DNA of 64,000 nt, from NCBI GenBank assembly GCA_028023455.1, contig JAQFVV010000003.1, positions 5,580,001 to 5,644,000 of the forward strand. Direction: 5' to 3'. Positions 1 to 12,770 of the stretch are shown one piece after another. Source of the DNA: Epiperipatus broadwayi. Its lineage: Eukaryota; Animalia; Onychophora. The position numbers and the translations under genes are program-made. Each line of letters starts with the position of its first letter. The stretch's first letter is position 1. The notes beneath the pieces were generated by a model. That model ran no database searches and was not told the DNA's origin. It saw only the letters and a program-made list of their open reading frames with translations.

Positions 1-1132
1 ACTACTCAAAGGTGAAGTAGAAAACTAGTATTTTATATCATTAATGAAGATAACATCATATTACAATTTCATTTTTACAGTTATGTATAGACATTAATTT
101 GACTAGCTTGGATTACTTTGAGATCTTTATTCTCTAGCTAAAAATAGTTAGATAGCCATTTTGACTTCATGCTGCTTATTTGAAAAGAGAATCTTATGCA
201 TAGGTTTAACCAGTGCAAAGTCAACCCTGTTCATAGGCATGAATTGTATATTGTTCTAACTGATACACCACAGGTTTTTATCATTATCAAAAACTCATAA
301 ATGAGAGTGGTTATTATAAATCCCCATCTCCTCACCCCCCCCCCACAAGATAAAAGAGAAAAACAAAAAAAAAATGTTTTATAATAAATGTTCATATATA
401 TATGCACATATAAGAGAAAGAGAAAAAAATTGAGAATCAGAATTACTACTCATGTAATTAAAAAATTAAAATGTAAATGTACAAATGCACAATCCCAAAT
501 CATAGATTACAGCAAATAATGGTTGCTTGCATAAATGAGATTTATACTAACTTGAATGGTAGAAGAATGTAAGATAAAAAAATTTAAAAAAAGTGAATAA
601 AAAAAAAAGCTCAGAGAAAAGATAGTAAAGTCTTTGTATTCAAAACAGGATTTAGCTCTTGATCAGATACTATAGTATTCTTTTCTTATAGGTAATTTTT
701 TACCTCTGTATTATATCCAATAAAATTTTCTTCTTTATTGCAATGCCCTGACATTTCTACATTCAGGACATCTTCTCAGTCTTTTCTTCTACATACAAAC
801 TCTAGCACTGCTTAATTATAGTTTTACCACTTCTCATTAGACTTTCATTATAGCAGTTTTTAAAATATCTATCTACTAGGCCAAATGATTAACATTAATT
901 AAATATTCTTAGAGTTGTATTATAGTATTAATAAAACCACTTAAGTTTGCATAATTATTTTCTTTAATATCAGTAACAAAAATGCTTTTCTAAGGATTTG
1001 CCTTTTCAAAAAAAAAAAGAAAAGCATACTACCTACATTATTTATTATTATCAATCATCTGTCAAAAGAAAAATTCTACACATGTACTCAGAACATTTTC
1101 TTATAGCACTATTATTACTTATTGCATTTCTG

Positions 1133-1197
1133 GGTGGTTTAGTGCAATGGTACAATGATCGAATCTGAAGTTCAAGGATCATGGATTGTAGCTCCAT
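1133..1197 (+). mobile_element. Possible decayed tRNA-derived SINE head
   Basis: A-box-like TAGTGCAATGG followed by a degenerate B-box-like GGATTGTAGCTCC; no intact cloverleaf. Confidence 0.25.
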
Positions 1198-2520
1198 TTG
1201 TCACTTTTGATGCTAAAACTTCAATATTTGTAAATAATAAGCCATTCAATTAGTTAATCTCTTAGCTAATTTCTTCCTTATTATCAACTATTAACTTCTT
1301 TTTCTATTTCTCACTGTCTTCTAATTTATACAATTTATCTTTTATTGTTACTCTACCTTTTAAACAAATATCTAATCCTATTTTTTCTTTCTTTTCTTCT
1401 TTCTTCACTGATTTTTTTTCAATAACTCTATTTTAACTCAATCACTTCCAATTTGTTTCATATTCTTTTTTCCAATCCATATTTTTAGAGTTTCCAATAT
1501 TTTATCCTATCTTTTTTTTTATTTGTTCAGATCTCTGCTCAATTTAAAACAATACTCTAAATACAATATTTTAAAGTTTCTTTCTTAAATCTAAATTCAA
1601 ATACATACAAAAGAAGTCTTCTGACCTTATTAAAAGCCCATTTAATACAGGCAATACTTACTCTTTTCTTTTTTTATCACTTTTCCCATTACTAGTTAAC
1701 TAATTTCACAAATATTTACAAATGAAAACTTGTTTCACAATTTTCTATCCGACTAATACTTTAAAACTTCTATTCCTATTACTTATTTTTAATGTATTTT
1801 TCCAAACTTACTATATATTCCATCTATACTTTTCATCTGCAAATAGTTCCATATCATCAGTGAGATCATATATAATCAACTTGCTTTTCATTAATGTTAA
1901 CTCCATCTTGATTAAGACAACTCTCATTTAGAAATTTTTCTAATTAAATATTTAATTTGTAAAATCATGTAAAGTTTGTTAATATATATTGTTTTAGTAA
2001 GAGATACTTAAAGTTATCATAAATCTGGAGTCACTAAAATATATAGCTACTGGCTTAACATTAAATCTTTTGATTGTGTAACCAAGTTATTTTTGGTTCA
2101 AAACCTTAGGGTATTTTTGAATTTCAAACTATTAATGTAATGATATAAAAGAATTAAAGAAAGCTACTGAATGTAAAAAAAAGATCATTGTTATTGAAGA
2201 TCACTAATCAGTCACTAGTTTGGAGATTAGAATACAGGATTACTATAATGGTTTTGGAAAATATTGAATTATTGCTTCTAATATATATACACATATTAAA
2301 CTTATCAGTAATTCTCATTAATTTCTTTAACATTTGCTGTAAAGTGCTGAATTGCTTCTGTTTCAGTGGTATTTTTTATGCTTTATTATAATTCCTGCGT
2401 TTACCTTGCTTGCATTTGTTATTAAAAATACTGAAATTTTATGTTTACATAGTTTTTATTTATACAATTTGACCCTTACATGCATATTCAGGTATGTTAA
2501 ACATACATCCTATGATTAAA

Positions 2521-2562
2521 TATCCCTGAAGATAATCCGCATGTATTGGGTTAAAATATAAG
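2521..2562 (+). ncRNA. Degenerate minimal hammerhead ribozyme remnant (Penelope-type end)
   Basis: CTGAAGA (2526-2532), stem AATCC/GGGTT, then AAAA in place of GAAA; stem I not convincing. Confidence 0.3.
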
Positions 2563-4629
2563 AAAAAAAACTACTTAAATTATAAAATTTCAGTGATTTT
2601 AATAACAAACAGGTGTAAACACAAAAATAATAGTAAGACATATTTATGTGTGTGTTTTCTTTATTATTATTATTTCTCTTTTTTAATAATTAATTAAATA
2701 CTTGTTTTAATAAAAAAACTAATTTGTAAACTATAATGGCTGATTATTTTTTTTATTCTATGGTGTGTGAAATATTGATTAACTTAGTGAGGAAGAATGA
2801 AAAAGTATTTATTATTGTTTTTTTTATCCATATTTTTATTTTACTTTTAAACCAAATGGAATTAATAATTTTATATTTGAATACTGATATACTACACTAC
2901 AGTATTAAAGAGAGAATGCAATAGAATTTATCATAAGATGATTAACTGAAATTGCATAGTCATTGTATTTTAATGACTAAATATATTTGTATTAACACAG
3001 AAAATATATTGTGTCTATGGGTGGTGTGACTTCGATTTAAAAAAGTTCAAATATATCTGCTAATTATGGTCTGTTTTTTGCTACTTGAAGCCAGTTCTCA
3101 TTGTCAGAAATCTTTTAAAAACCAATAACAAAATTTATTGGTTTTTAGAAGTTTTTTTTTAAAATATTTATTCTTAAGAATTCAAATGAGAGAATCAACC
3201 AGGCACATTGAGAACATTAAGAGATTTGTTTTGAGACAGTAATGTATCATTGTCTAAAATTTTCTGTTATAACCAATGGTTCTCTCATCAATTATTGATT
3301 TCTAATTATAAACGATTTTAAAATGTTTGACTTGATAGTAAATATAATCATTCTTGAAATATTAAAAAATTCAGACATGTTGGAGAGATACTCCAACTGA
3401 CTGGACAGGAATACTATCTCCTTAAGATTTTGTCCACAAAAATTATATTGATATATAAATACTAAAATATAACGGTAATAAACTATTATAAACAGTCTTT
3501 CAATCCGCAGAAGTACTTTCGGTTAATTTCTTAAACCTGCCTCAACTGCCATTAAATTAAAAAAACAAAAACAAAGAGGAAGCAAATTTTGTTCTAATTA
3601 ACGGACATTTTATTTATATATATATATGCTTTATAGTCCTAGAAACATAGTGCTTAATATAATTGATGTTCTAGTTATTTTTGAAAGATCTATATGAGAT
3701 ATGAGTATATGTTACCGTACTCAGACACGGCACACGGCCTTTCGCTTTTTAAAAGCAACTAAATATTCTTTCCTATAAAGTCTGATACTGTTTGATGGGT
3801 ATTTAATAATCTTTATATAATACTGTTAATGTTTACAAGACTAAAAAGTTTTTATGACTCTGAATTTGTAATTAGAGCAGAATGCACTTTGTAGTTAATA
3901 GTTATCTTCTATAAGTTATATAAGTTGTTATATAAATTAATTTTACTTTTCAAGATAGTCCTGTCAGAAATGAATGAAGAATAAAACATCTTTAATTAGT
4001 ATTTGCTCATAAAATCTGAAATTTAGTTTTCTTATCTGACATCCTCAACACAATGATTTTATTTCTGATGGCAATTTATTAATACTCTAAGCTGAAAATA
4101 ATCAAAACGGAATGTGAAAATATACAGAAATGTAAGTTTTCTTTAAAATTTTGTACTTTAAAATTATCATCATCTTCATCATTCAAAATTAGCTTGTTGT
4201 GGAGGCAAAAATATATTTTCTAATAAAACAGCAATTACCTCGTTTTCTTACAACTCTAACACCATTTTGAAATATATATGTACTAAGAAAAATTTAAGAA
4301 TATTCTAGATTCTAATATCATCTAAAAAGGGCTATATTACCATCAACCCTATAGATCTACAGTCAAATGACTAACTGTGATAAGAAGAACTAACATGAAA
4401 ATACATTATTATATTATAACAAAATTAGCATTTTATTTAAAAAAAATAGATATTCACAATCATGACAGACAAAACTAAATCATGTCCCCTTATTCCCAGG
4501 AGGCTACAAAGTTGTCATCTAAGGGAGTGGTCAGTGGTTGAAGGTGGAGGGAGCTTTCAATCTCCTGATTGCAAAGTCAGACTACCATTTGATGATGACC
4601 TTTTATTTAGGTAATTATAATTGCAGATA

Positions 4630-5200
4630 ACCTTTGAATAAAGGAAAATTCCAAGAATTGGAAGAACTGCCTAATATTAATGGGATATCATTGGACTTTG
4701 TGAAAGATGAAAAGATAATTGATTAAAAAAATAGACATGTACTACAAAGAACAAACATTGGAAGCACAAATGGAGTAGGATTTATTATCAATAAAAAGTA
4801 AAAAAGTAATACTGTGGAGATTGATGGTTTATCAGACAGAGTGGCAAGACTATATTCAACCCAATGTTCAATATCAAATGTAGATAATTTAGATTTATGC
4901 CCCAACAAATTTCTCTTGCGCTGTAAGCTAGATTTATGCCCCAACAAATTCTCATTGTGATAAAGTAGAGGATTTATATTTGGATATACAAAAAGCTTTT
5001 GATCAAACCAAACAACTTTTTATAATTGTCATGAAAGACTTTAATGCTAAAACTTTGGTAAACAATTGAAAGATGAGAGTACTGCTGGGTAATTTTCTTT
5101 ATAGTGATAGAAATGAAGGGTGAAACAGATTGGCGGAATATTATGAATTGCTGGATGGAAATGGACAGGGAAGCAAAAAAATGAAAATTACAGGAACTGG
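4630..5200 (+). mobile_element. Decayed RTE-clade non-LTR retrotransposon, APE endonuclease region
   Basis: Manual translation across stops and frameshifts: WDIIGLCE, GVGFIINKK, SDRVARL, II*IYAPT, IIVMKDFNAK, DRNEG*NRLAEY; matches RTE endonuclease motif order. Confidence 0.75.
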
Positions 5201-5409
5201 ATTATTTGTATATCATCTAAATATGGTACGATTACATCTATTCCTCTTAACAGTGTCAATTTTTACATAAAAAATATTAGAAAAGAAATGATTGTATATA
5301 AATAACCCCTTAAGACCTATAATAATTAGAATCTTAACTGTTTTCTCAGATATTGATGTTTGAAGAAAAGTTATTTTATTTTTGCAAAAATATATATATA
5401 CTTTTTACA

Positions 5410-6318
5410 TTAACACTTTAATAGCCTGAAATGCAACATCGCGGTTGTCACCTTTAGATTGCTCTAACTCAGCCAATTTTTTAGTTATATTGATGAAAAA
5501 ATACCTGTATTAAAGCTTAGAGCAAGGCCTATAAGATGCTGCCCTCTTTTGAATTATTTTACAAGTAAAAAATCAATTCTAGGAGGGTTTTAAGTTGAAC
5601 AAAAGAAGGCCAGTTTTGATTGGTTGGATAATCTATTCCCAATTCTTATTGGCTGATAATTCCGTTAAATATTTTTTCACCGCTAAAATGAAAATATATG
5701 TTTTGGAGTGTTTTTTTTATTATGTTTCGTACATATTATAAATAATTTTCATAAAATCTAATATTTCTAATAAAAATATAGTTATTTTACAAAAGTAGTA
5801 AGGTTTTATTAAAAAATTGTATACTTTACACGATTGTAAATTGAAAAAGAAACCAGCCGTAGCAGCAATTTTTGACATCTTGTCAAGAGGTTAGATTGCT
5901 CCAAGCTGTTTATTTGATTTTCAAACAAAGATTAATGATTTAGAATATTTTTCTGGCATTATAATGTATTTTTGGTGTAAGATTTTTCCTAAAAAATTCT
6001 TAAAAAATTCATAACGTGAAATCTGGGAGGAATCTAAATGACATTTACAATGCTTCTAATTCGCTCGTAATGTTTTCTTTGATTTTTCCGCTTTTGAATA
6101 TTTCTATAAAATACAAATAAAAATATATTTTTGAAATAACTTTCGTTTACTTTCCTAACATTACAAATAATTAATATACTTTTTGAAAATGAAACTAAAA
6201 TTAATATACATTAAAAGATGAAAATATTTGTATCAAAAAGTTTGTCACTTGACCAATTAAAAGTTTCAGAGTTTTACTTCGCTGGACCAATAACGAAAGT
6301 GATCTATTAAAGTGTTAA
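5410..6318. mobile_element. piggyBac-like non-autonomous element (MITE), 901 bp between TTAA sites
   Basis: TTAA (5410-5413) + CACTTTAATAG ... CTATTAAAGTG + TTAA (6315-6318): perfect 11-bp TIR with TTAA duplication. Confidence 0.75.
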
Positions 6319-6369
6319 GACTGGATAAAGAATTTTTGACAAAATTTTATTTACTGTCATTCAATAATT

Positions 6370-7760
6370 ACTGACACTCATTTTTCCATTAGGTTTTGAG
6401 ATAATAACTAAAGGAGTATCCCATTATTCATTTTCTATAAGTCCTTATTAACCCTTTTTTAAACTAAGAACTTCCAAAACATTTACAACTTGTGTTCTCA
6501 ATGTAAATGATATATTGCATGTTTTACACTGTTGGGATTTGGCACCTTCATGCAATTTAATAATGACTGGATATATTTAATTTTCCATTATTTTGCACTG
6601 AATAATTTTGAATAATAAGATTGGATTTCTTTTTCCATTGTAATTTTATTTACCAAGAAATTTTTTTGCCTAGAGATTTGAATCACTTGTGGCCTAGTAA
6701 TGGTTTTAACTTACTTTTTACAATGAAATGATTAGTTTATGATGCTGTTTAACTGTAACTGGCATTTTAACTAATCGTATTATTTTTAGAAATTTGTCAT
6801 TTGCATCTTTAGCCTTAAATCTGATTTTATTATTTTCAGGCAGCATTTAACTTCTTTGAATAATCATTTCTAATCTACCTGTGATATAAGAAATACCCTT
6901 ACCTTGCTGTCAATTTCCAGTGCAATCGGCTTATTGGAGTTTTTAACAGTTATCATTATAAACTGAAGATTATCATTGTTCACTTTGTTACTCCAATATT
7001 GGGCTGATTTTTGAACAGATTTCCTTTTCTGGAAATATCTATATTTTCCAGTTTTAATTTTAATATGGCAGACTATTGCTAAGTGACCTATTTCACCACA
7101 ACTTTAGCACTTTACATCTTTCCAATTGCATTTTTTTTTGTAAAGTGTTCTGGATTCTCACAATGCTACTGTTTTGTTTTTGACAAATTTCATATTTGAA
7201 TACATGAAAGGTAGCTGTTTATTAACATTTACTTGCACAAGATCCATGAAAGTCTTTAGTGTGTTATAAAACTAGTTCATATGTTATATTTCTTTTTTAT
7301 AGTTTCAGAATATATAAGAATAAGAATTGCTACTACAAATATATATCAGATATGCATCAAAAACATTATTTTAATAAAGCATCTTCAAGATATGATGATA
7401 TAATAATTTACTTGCCATTTCTCTTAAGGCTGAAACATGGTTTTGACCCCCCCCCCTTCTTTTAATATCTACTACACAAATAGATATGAATTATATGTTT
7501 GTAAAGTTCAGGTTAAAGTGATGTCAATATTTTTTCTTATTTAATTCTGCATAATGAATACTTTCAGCTTCATCAGGTTTGTAGTCTACTTGATATTTCT
7601 ATAACATTAAAACAAGCAAATAAGAGTAAAGTAGCAATATATATAACATCATCTTTTGTGGAATTGGCAATAAAATATTTATTTAAACATTTGTCATGTA
7701 CTTGGCATTGTGCAGCAATAGTTATCATCACAATTATTTATGCTATGATGTGTTGCCACT
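6370..7760 (-). mobile_element. Decayed Ty3/Gypsy gag-protease-RT start
   Basis: Minus strand: PBS-like TGGCAACA (7758-7751); gag YFIANS, HVSALREMASK; zinc knuckle C*SCGEIGHLAIVC (7109-7068); protease NKPIALEIDS and KPLLGHK*FKSLG; RT start E*WDTPLVIISKPNGK. Confidence 0.7.
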
Positions 7761-10700
7761 ATTTTTAATTCTATATTTTTTATTTATTTCACAATTATTA
7801 TTACTGATTAAAGTTATAAAACTCTGGAGATACAGATTATTATCTGACTGCACCAATTATTATATTTAATTTGAAGTCTGACAATTCAATGGTAATTGCC
7901 AATGTGAAGGGATTCAAAATTTTTTTAGAATAACTCCAAAATAAAATAAATTAAAAACGATTATTACTTTCAACTAGTAATTATAAAACAATTAAGAGTA
8001 CATTAACCATAATAAGGCTTATATCAACAGATAATAAATATGAATAAACTGTGTTTTCCGAAAAGGATAAGACAGATAAGATGGCCACTAGGGCATTTAG
8101 AAAAAACTACAAGCGAAGCAATGGGAAAAATAAAGTGATTATTAGATTCCATGTTTTTTTTTATTTTGACTTAGTGGATGATTTATAAATTACAAAATAT
8201 TAAGCACACATTGCTAAGACTATGCTAAATTTAATGCTAATATGACTGACCAAACTTTAATATCAGTTTGAGTATAGAAATGAGATTTGATTAAGAAATT
8301 GTAATGTCAGTCATTTTTAGAATACTTTATAAGCCTAGAGACTGAAATACATATCATATTAAGGTTTGATTTTTAATAAATATGATATGTAAAAGCCTAA
8401 ATTCTCTAGGTTGTGCATGAAAAGTTAATATGTATTGCAATAATACTTATGGTTCTACAGGCAGCACATCTGCCTTTCAAATCTAGAAGAAGCCTCCAGA
8501 TATTTTACGTAACTTAGGATTCTAAGCAGAGAAGCTTGCTCATATCTATTCTTGCCAATTATAAAATTAGTGGTCAGTAAATAGATATTTAAATTTTCTT
8601 ATCTCCAGGATAAAACAAAAAAGGAATAACTTATCAACTACAAATTGGCTAGATTACCGAGTATTACAATCTCCTTCACCATTCCTTTATAGAAAAATAT
8701 GCAGGAGAGAAAATGAGAAGGGTGAATTTCTAATATTCACTTCATGCCTTCTTGTCGTAAGTTTTATTACAACACAGTTCTTGATAAATAAACTTGAATG
8801 CATTCATAAACACATCAATCAGCTTGATGACTTTATTACACTAAAGATCAGAAAAAGTCAGTTCTTTCTTCTCAAATGCTGATATCAATATAAACATTTT
8901 CCTTATTTAAATTTAAATTGTTATTCTGTTATTGGTGAATTAATTTATACAACATATATACAAAATATATATATACACACAAAACTATACCAGACAATTA
9001 ATGATTATTTACATTTTAAGCAGAGTTAAGATTTATAATAAGAGGGAAAAGATTCATTGATGGGATGAAATCAAAATAAATATATGTATGAATGCGATTC
9101 TCTTTGATACTTTGAGTAAATAAAATGAATTTAAAATTTAATAGTGACAGTAAAAGTAATTAGATTACTGAAGAAAACATAGTTAAAAAATATGGGATGC
9201 AAGAAAAAAGTTTTTAAGTTATGAAAATAATAAAACACGTTAATCTAATAAATAATTGAAATGAAAATTAATTTTAAATAAAAATATCACGGAAATATAT
9301 ACAAATTTATGATATCATTTCTATCTGTAATTTCGTTTCACGTTATTATGAAAAAAGTGAAAGAGAAATTTTAGTAAATAAATGCATCAGAGGATATGAA
9401 TTTGATTATTTTTATATAAAAGGTGTTATATTTCGTGAAAAAATCCCTCTGGGTAACAATTTTAAAAAATTGCTAACTCAAGCAAATACACAACATCCAT
9501 TTCTTCAAGATCGAACACATTATTATATAATATCACATCACGTGTTAATTGTAAAAAGTTCACTGTACCTTATATATAGAAAGGGCTTATTAAAATTTTT
9601 GATGGTCATAGAATGTTTGTATTAGTAATAAATTAAAATTAAAAGAATATTAAAAGATTAAATAAAATTCTTAACATTTTTTCTCAGGGACTTATTAATC
9701 GGTTTAATAGCAGTTTAAATAATTTAGCACTATATTTTAACTATCCGCACAGAAATTTAAATAAAGAGGCTATTTCTTACATAAATATATTTGTTTTCAA
9801 TTGAAAGCTTGACGTAAAAAAGTATAAAACCTGGAAAATTAATGGATCAAGAAATTTCTCAATTTCAATAGTTTACAAAATATAAAAAAGTAATATAAAT
9901 AATGATCACAATAATTATATATATATATATAACAATAACTATATATATATATATATATGGTATTGCCAGGTCTAATGAGAAGAGAGATCTGATATTAACC
10001 GCCAGAGTCTGAAGATGATTAGAATCAGTGCTATTATCAACTGATGTAATTAAATGTACCTAAGTGTATATATATAGAACTGCATACAGAGTATTTTTGT
10101 TTAAATCACTCATAATAAGTATTAATTATGTATAGGAGTATGTCACATTTTCAGGGCAGTGGATCTTGTACCAGGTAGATCACCTATGTTGAGAAAAAAA
10201 CAATAAATAGATGACTTTCAATATAATCCAACTTTTGTCTTTGAATGTGAGTGAAGAGCTGTTTGCAATATGTCAAAAACAATGATTGGTTTTCAAACAA
10301 AAGTCTGAGTGAAAATTTAATAAGGGCTAATAAATTTTGTTGTATTTTAAAATAATAAATGAAAAAAAGAGAGAGAGAGAACCTGATTTCAGGTTGTTGT
10401 TTTTTTTTTTTTTTTGATGTCTGGCTTTTTAAGATTACAATACTTTTTTTTCTCTTTCTCTCTCATTATAAATTTAAATGGTACTTAAAATGTAAATAAT
10501 CGTTAATTTTCTAGTATAGTTTTGGAAGAAAAAAATTACGGTAAGTACTATTTAATTACTTAATCAACAAAATAACAATAATTCCTACATAAATGGGCTA
10601 TTTACAATTTAACTTTTGAAAATGAAAAAAAAAGTATACATTTCAATTAAAAGTGGAAATTATCATCCAAATATCAGAATAAAGCAAGCATGTGATTCCC

Positions 10701-11079
10701 AAATACTGATGTTCTTATAATGACCTTAATATGAATATTATTCTTAAAGACTTTTATTAATATCTCAATTTAAACAAGCTAGCAATTTTAATATTTGCAT
10801 AAAAAAATTATCACAATAATGATTTACACCAGAATTATCTAAGAAAGTGTAATAAAAACAAAAATTACACATCTCAAAGTTTCTACACATCCAGAGATTC
10901 ATATAATAAAAAAATAGATTATTTTGGAAAAAATTAATAAGTAATATGATAAGTACAATTATTGAGATACCAAATCAATAAAATAGTGATCTATAATATT
11001 TCTTTACTGTTTGATATTTATTTCTAATATAATTAACAATGAACAATTAGCTATAAGTAAGCTTGCAGTATTTCAGAAT

Positions 11080-11210
11080 TCAAAGAGTAATAGTTGATGG
11101 AATTTCTTGTCAAACGACACTTGTTTAAATCTACTAAAGATTCTATTTTCAAAATAATCTGAAGACAAATACTTCAGATGATGGTATAGCAATACAAAGA
11201 AGGAAATCTT
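11080..11210 (+). mobile_element. Possible heavily decayed non-LTR reverse transcriptase fragment
   Basis: RVIVDGISCQTTLV followed by TSDDGIAI (xADD-like); weak. Confidence 0.3.
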
Positions 11211-12770
11211 TTCAAATTATTCCATAAGTATTTTTTAAAAATCAATATAACAATAGATACAATAAAAGGCTTCTAGAAAAAGCATTGCATTGCAGTTACT
11301 GAATAATCTTACTCCACAACATCTACTTTTTTCTTTTCTTTTATCAAACAAAACTTAACCTTAACTAAGTTAAATAATTTACTATTCCAAATTCTAAGGT
11401 CCAGAAAATCTAATTCTTTTAGGAAAAAAATGTACTTAGCCAACACAATTTTTATTTTATTTTTTCTCTTATTTCCTCCATCATTTTTTACAATTTTCAA
11501 CAAGCATTATTGCAGAAATCATATTAATTATCTTAGTAACAAAAAAGACCATTAACGTTTATAATATAACTCTAAAGATTGAGATGTTAGAGGAAATTGT
11601 GTTATGAGGGTGGAAAGTGGTAGAAAATTAGTAGTGTCAATGTCAAGTGCTACTCTTTGATTTTATTATTTAGTTATCTAGTAATCTCATCTTGACCCTG
11701 GGCAAAAGAAATTATAAAAATAAGCAATGTTAATCTTGAGAATTGATTAATTATCATGTTTCATTTAAGGAATCCATCAAAGTCATAAATCTCCACAGAT
11801 ATTCATATTTGAAGAAAATGAATATTAATATATCTGTGTTCCATGTAAACATGACTATAAATAATGATCTACTCTACACTTAATGATAAAATAATATAAG
11901 CTATTTTAAATTTGAATTTATCTACCAAAAGTTATTCATATTATAAAGCTTTTAATATGATGAAATGAGAGGAAATGTAAACCTGAGGCACTTGAAGTGA
12001 ACTTTAAGCTTAATTAGGGATATACAATAACTCCAAGATGTTTTCCATTCTTATGTTAGTAATCTTTGGTATAGCTTATATACCACTCCATGAAGCAAAT
12101 ATGTATATAGATTTATAATGAAGTTTTAAATTTAAGCTGATTAAAAACTAAAACTTCATCTTTATTTCTCTAGATTTACAGATAGTTGAAGTTTGTTCTA
12201 TTTCTGACAATTGAAAGATTGATCTGCAATCTTTCTTAATGTCTTAAATAAAAATATTGTTTTAGTTATGTACTGCCAAATAAACTATATGGAGTGAAAC
12301 ATGGATTGTTTATTAATATAGAGGGGGAAATTTTCATTTGAATGCTCTATAAGAATATAAATATATTAGATCATAAGACCAATTCTTTTGTTATTCAATA
12401 GTCTGAATAAAATTTTAGAATTTACTAGTGTCAGACCACATCAGCATTATATTATAAACTTTAAAATAAGTGAATGGCAACAAATTTCCTAAAAATAGAT
12501 ATTTTGTGCTGAACTTTAACTTTGTTTTCATGTGAAAAACAGATTTCATTTTAGATATATCAATTCTCTAAATAAATGCAATATTTGGATGTTTTTTATT
12601 GAGAGAATATGACTGTAGATACAATACAATAATGAATTACAATTAGACATTGAGTTGAAAATTTACAGCAAAAAAAAAAATGCTGTGAAATAAGTTTGTA
12701 AAAAAAACAACAGAAATTCAAAACGGTAAATAAATAGACTAAAAGATCCTATATATATATATATATATAT

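Noticed and set aside
640-2400. Possible non-LTR (LNESCL, CPEC) and GIY-YIG-like relic frames
   Set aside because: Only isolated short motifs in AT-rich sequence with many stops; not enough to assign.
3170-3240. Exon-like segment (IQMRESTRHIENIKRFVLRQ) between AG and GT
   Set aside because: No recognisable homology and no compatible neighbouring exons.
3712-3750. CpG-rich patch with GAAA and CTGAGTA on the minus strand
   Set aside because: Stems and box order do not form a valid hammerhead.
4588-4615. TTGATGA-TGACCT..AGGT hairpin
   Set aside because: Both C3 and the GAAA box are missing.
7555-7580. CTGATGAAGCTGAAA on the minus strand
   Set aside because: Lies in the Gypsy gag frame (PDEAE) and has no stem II or stem I.
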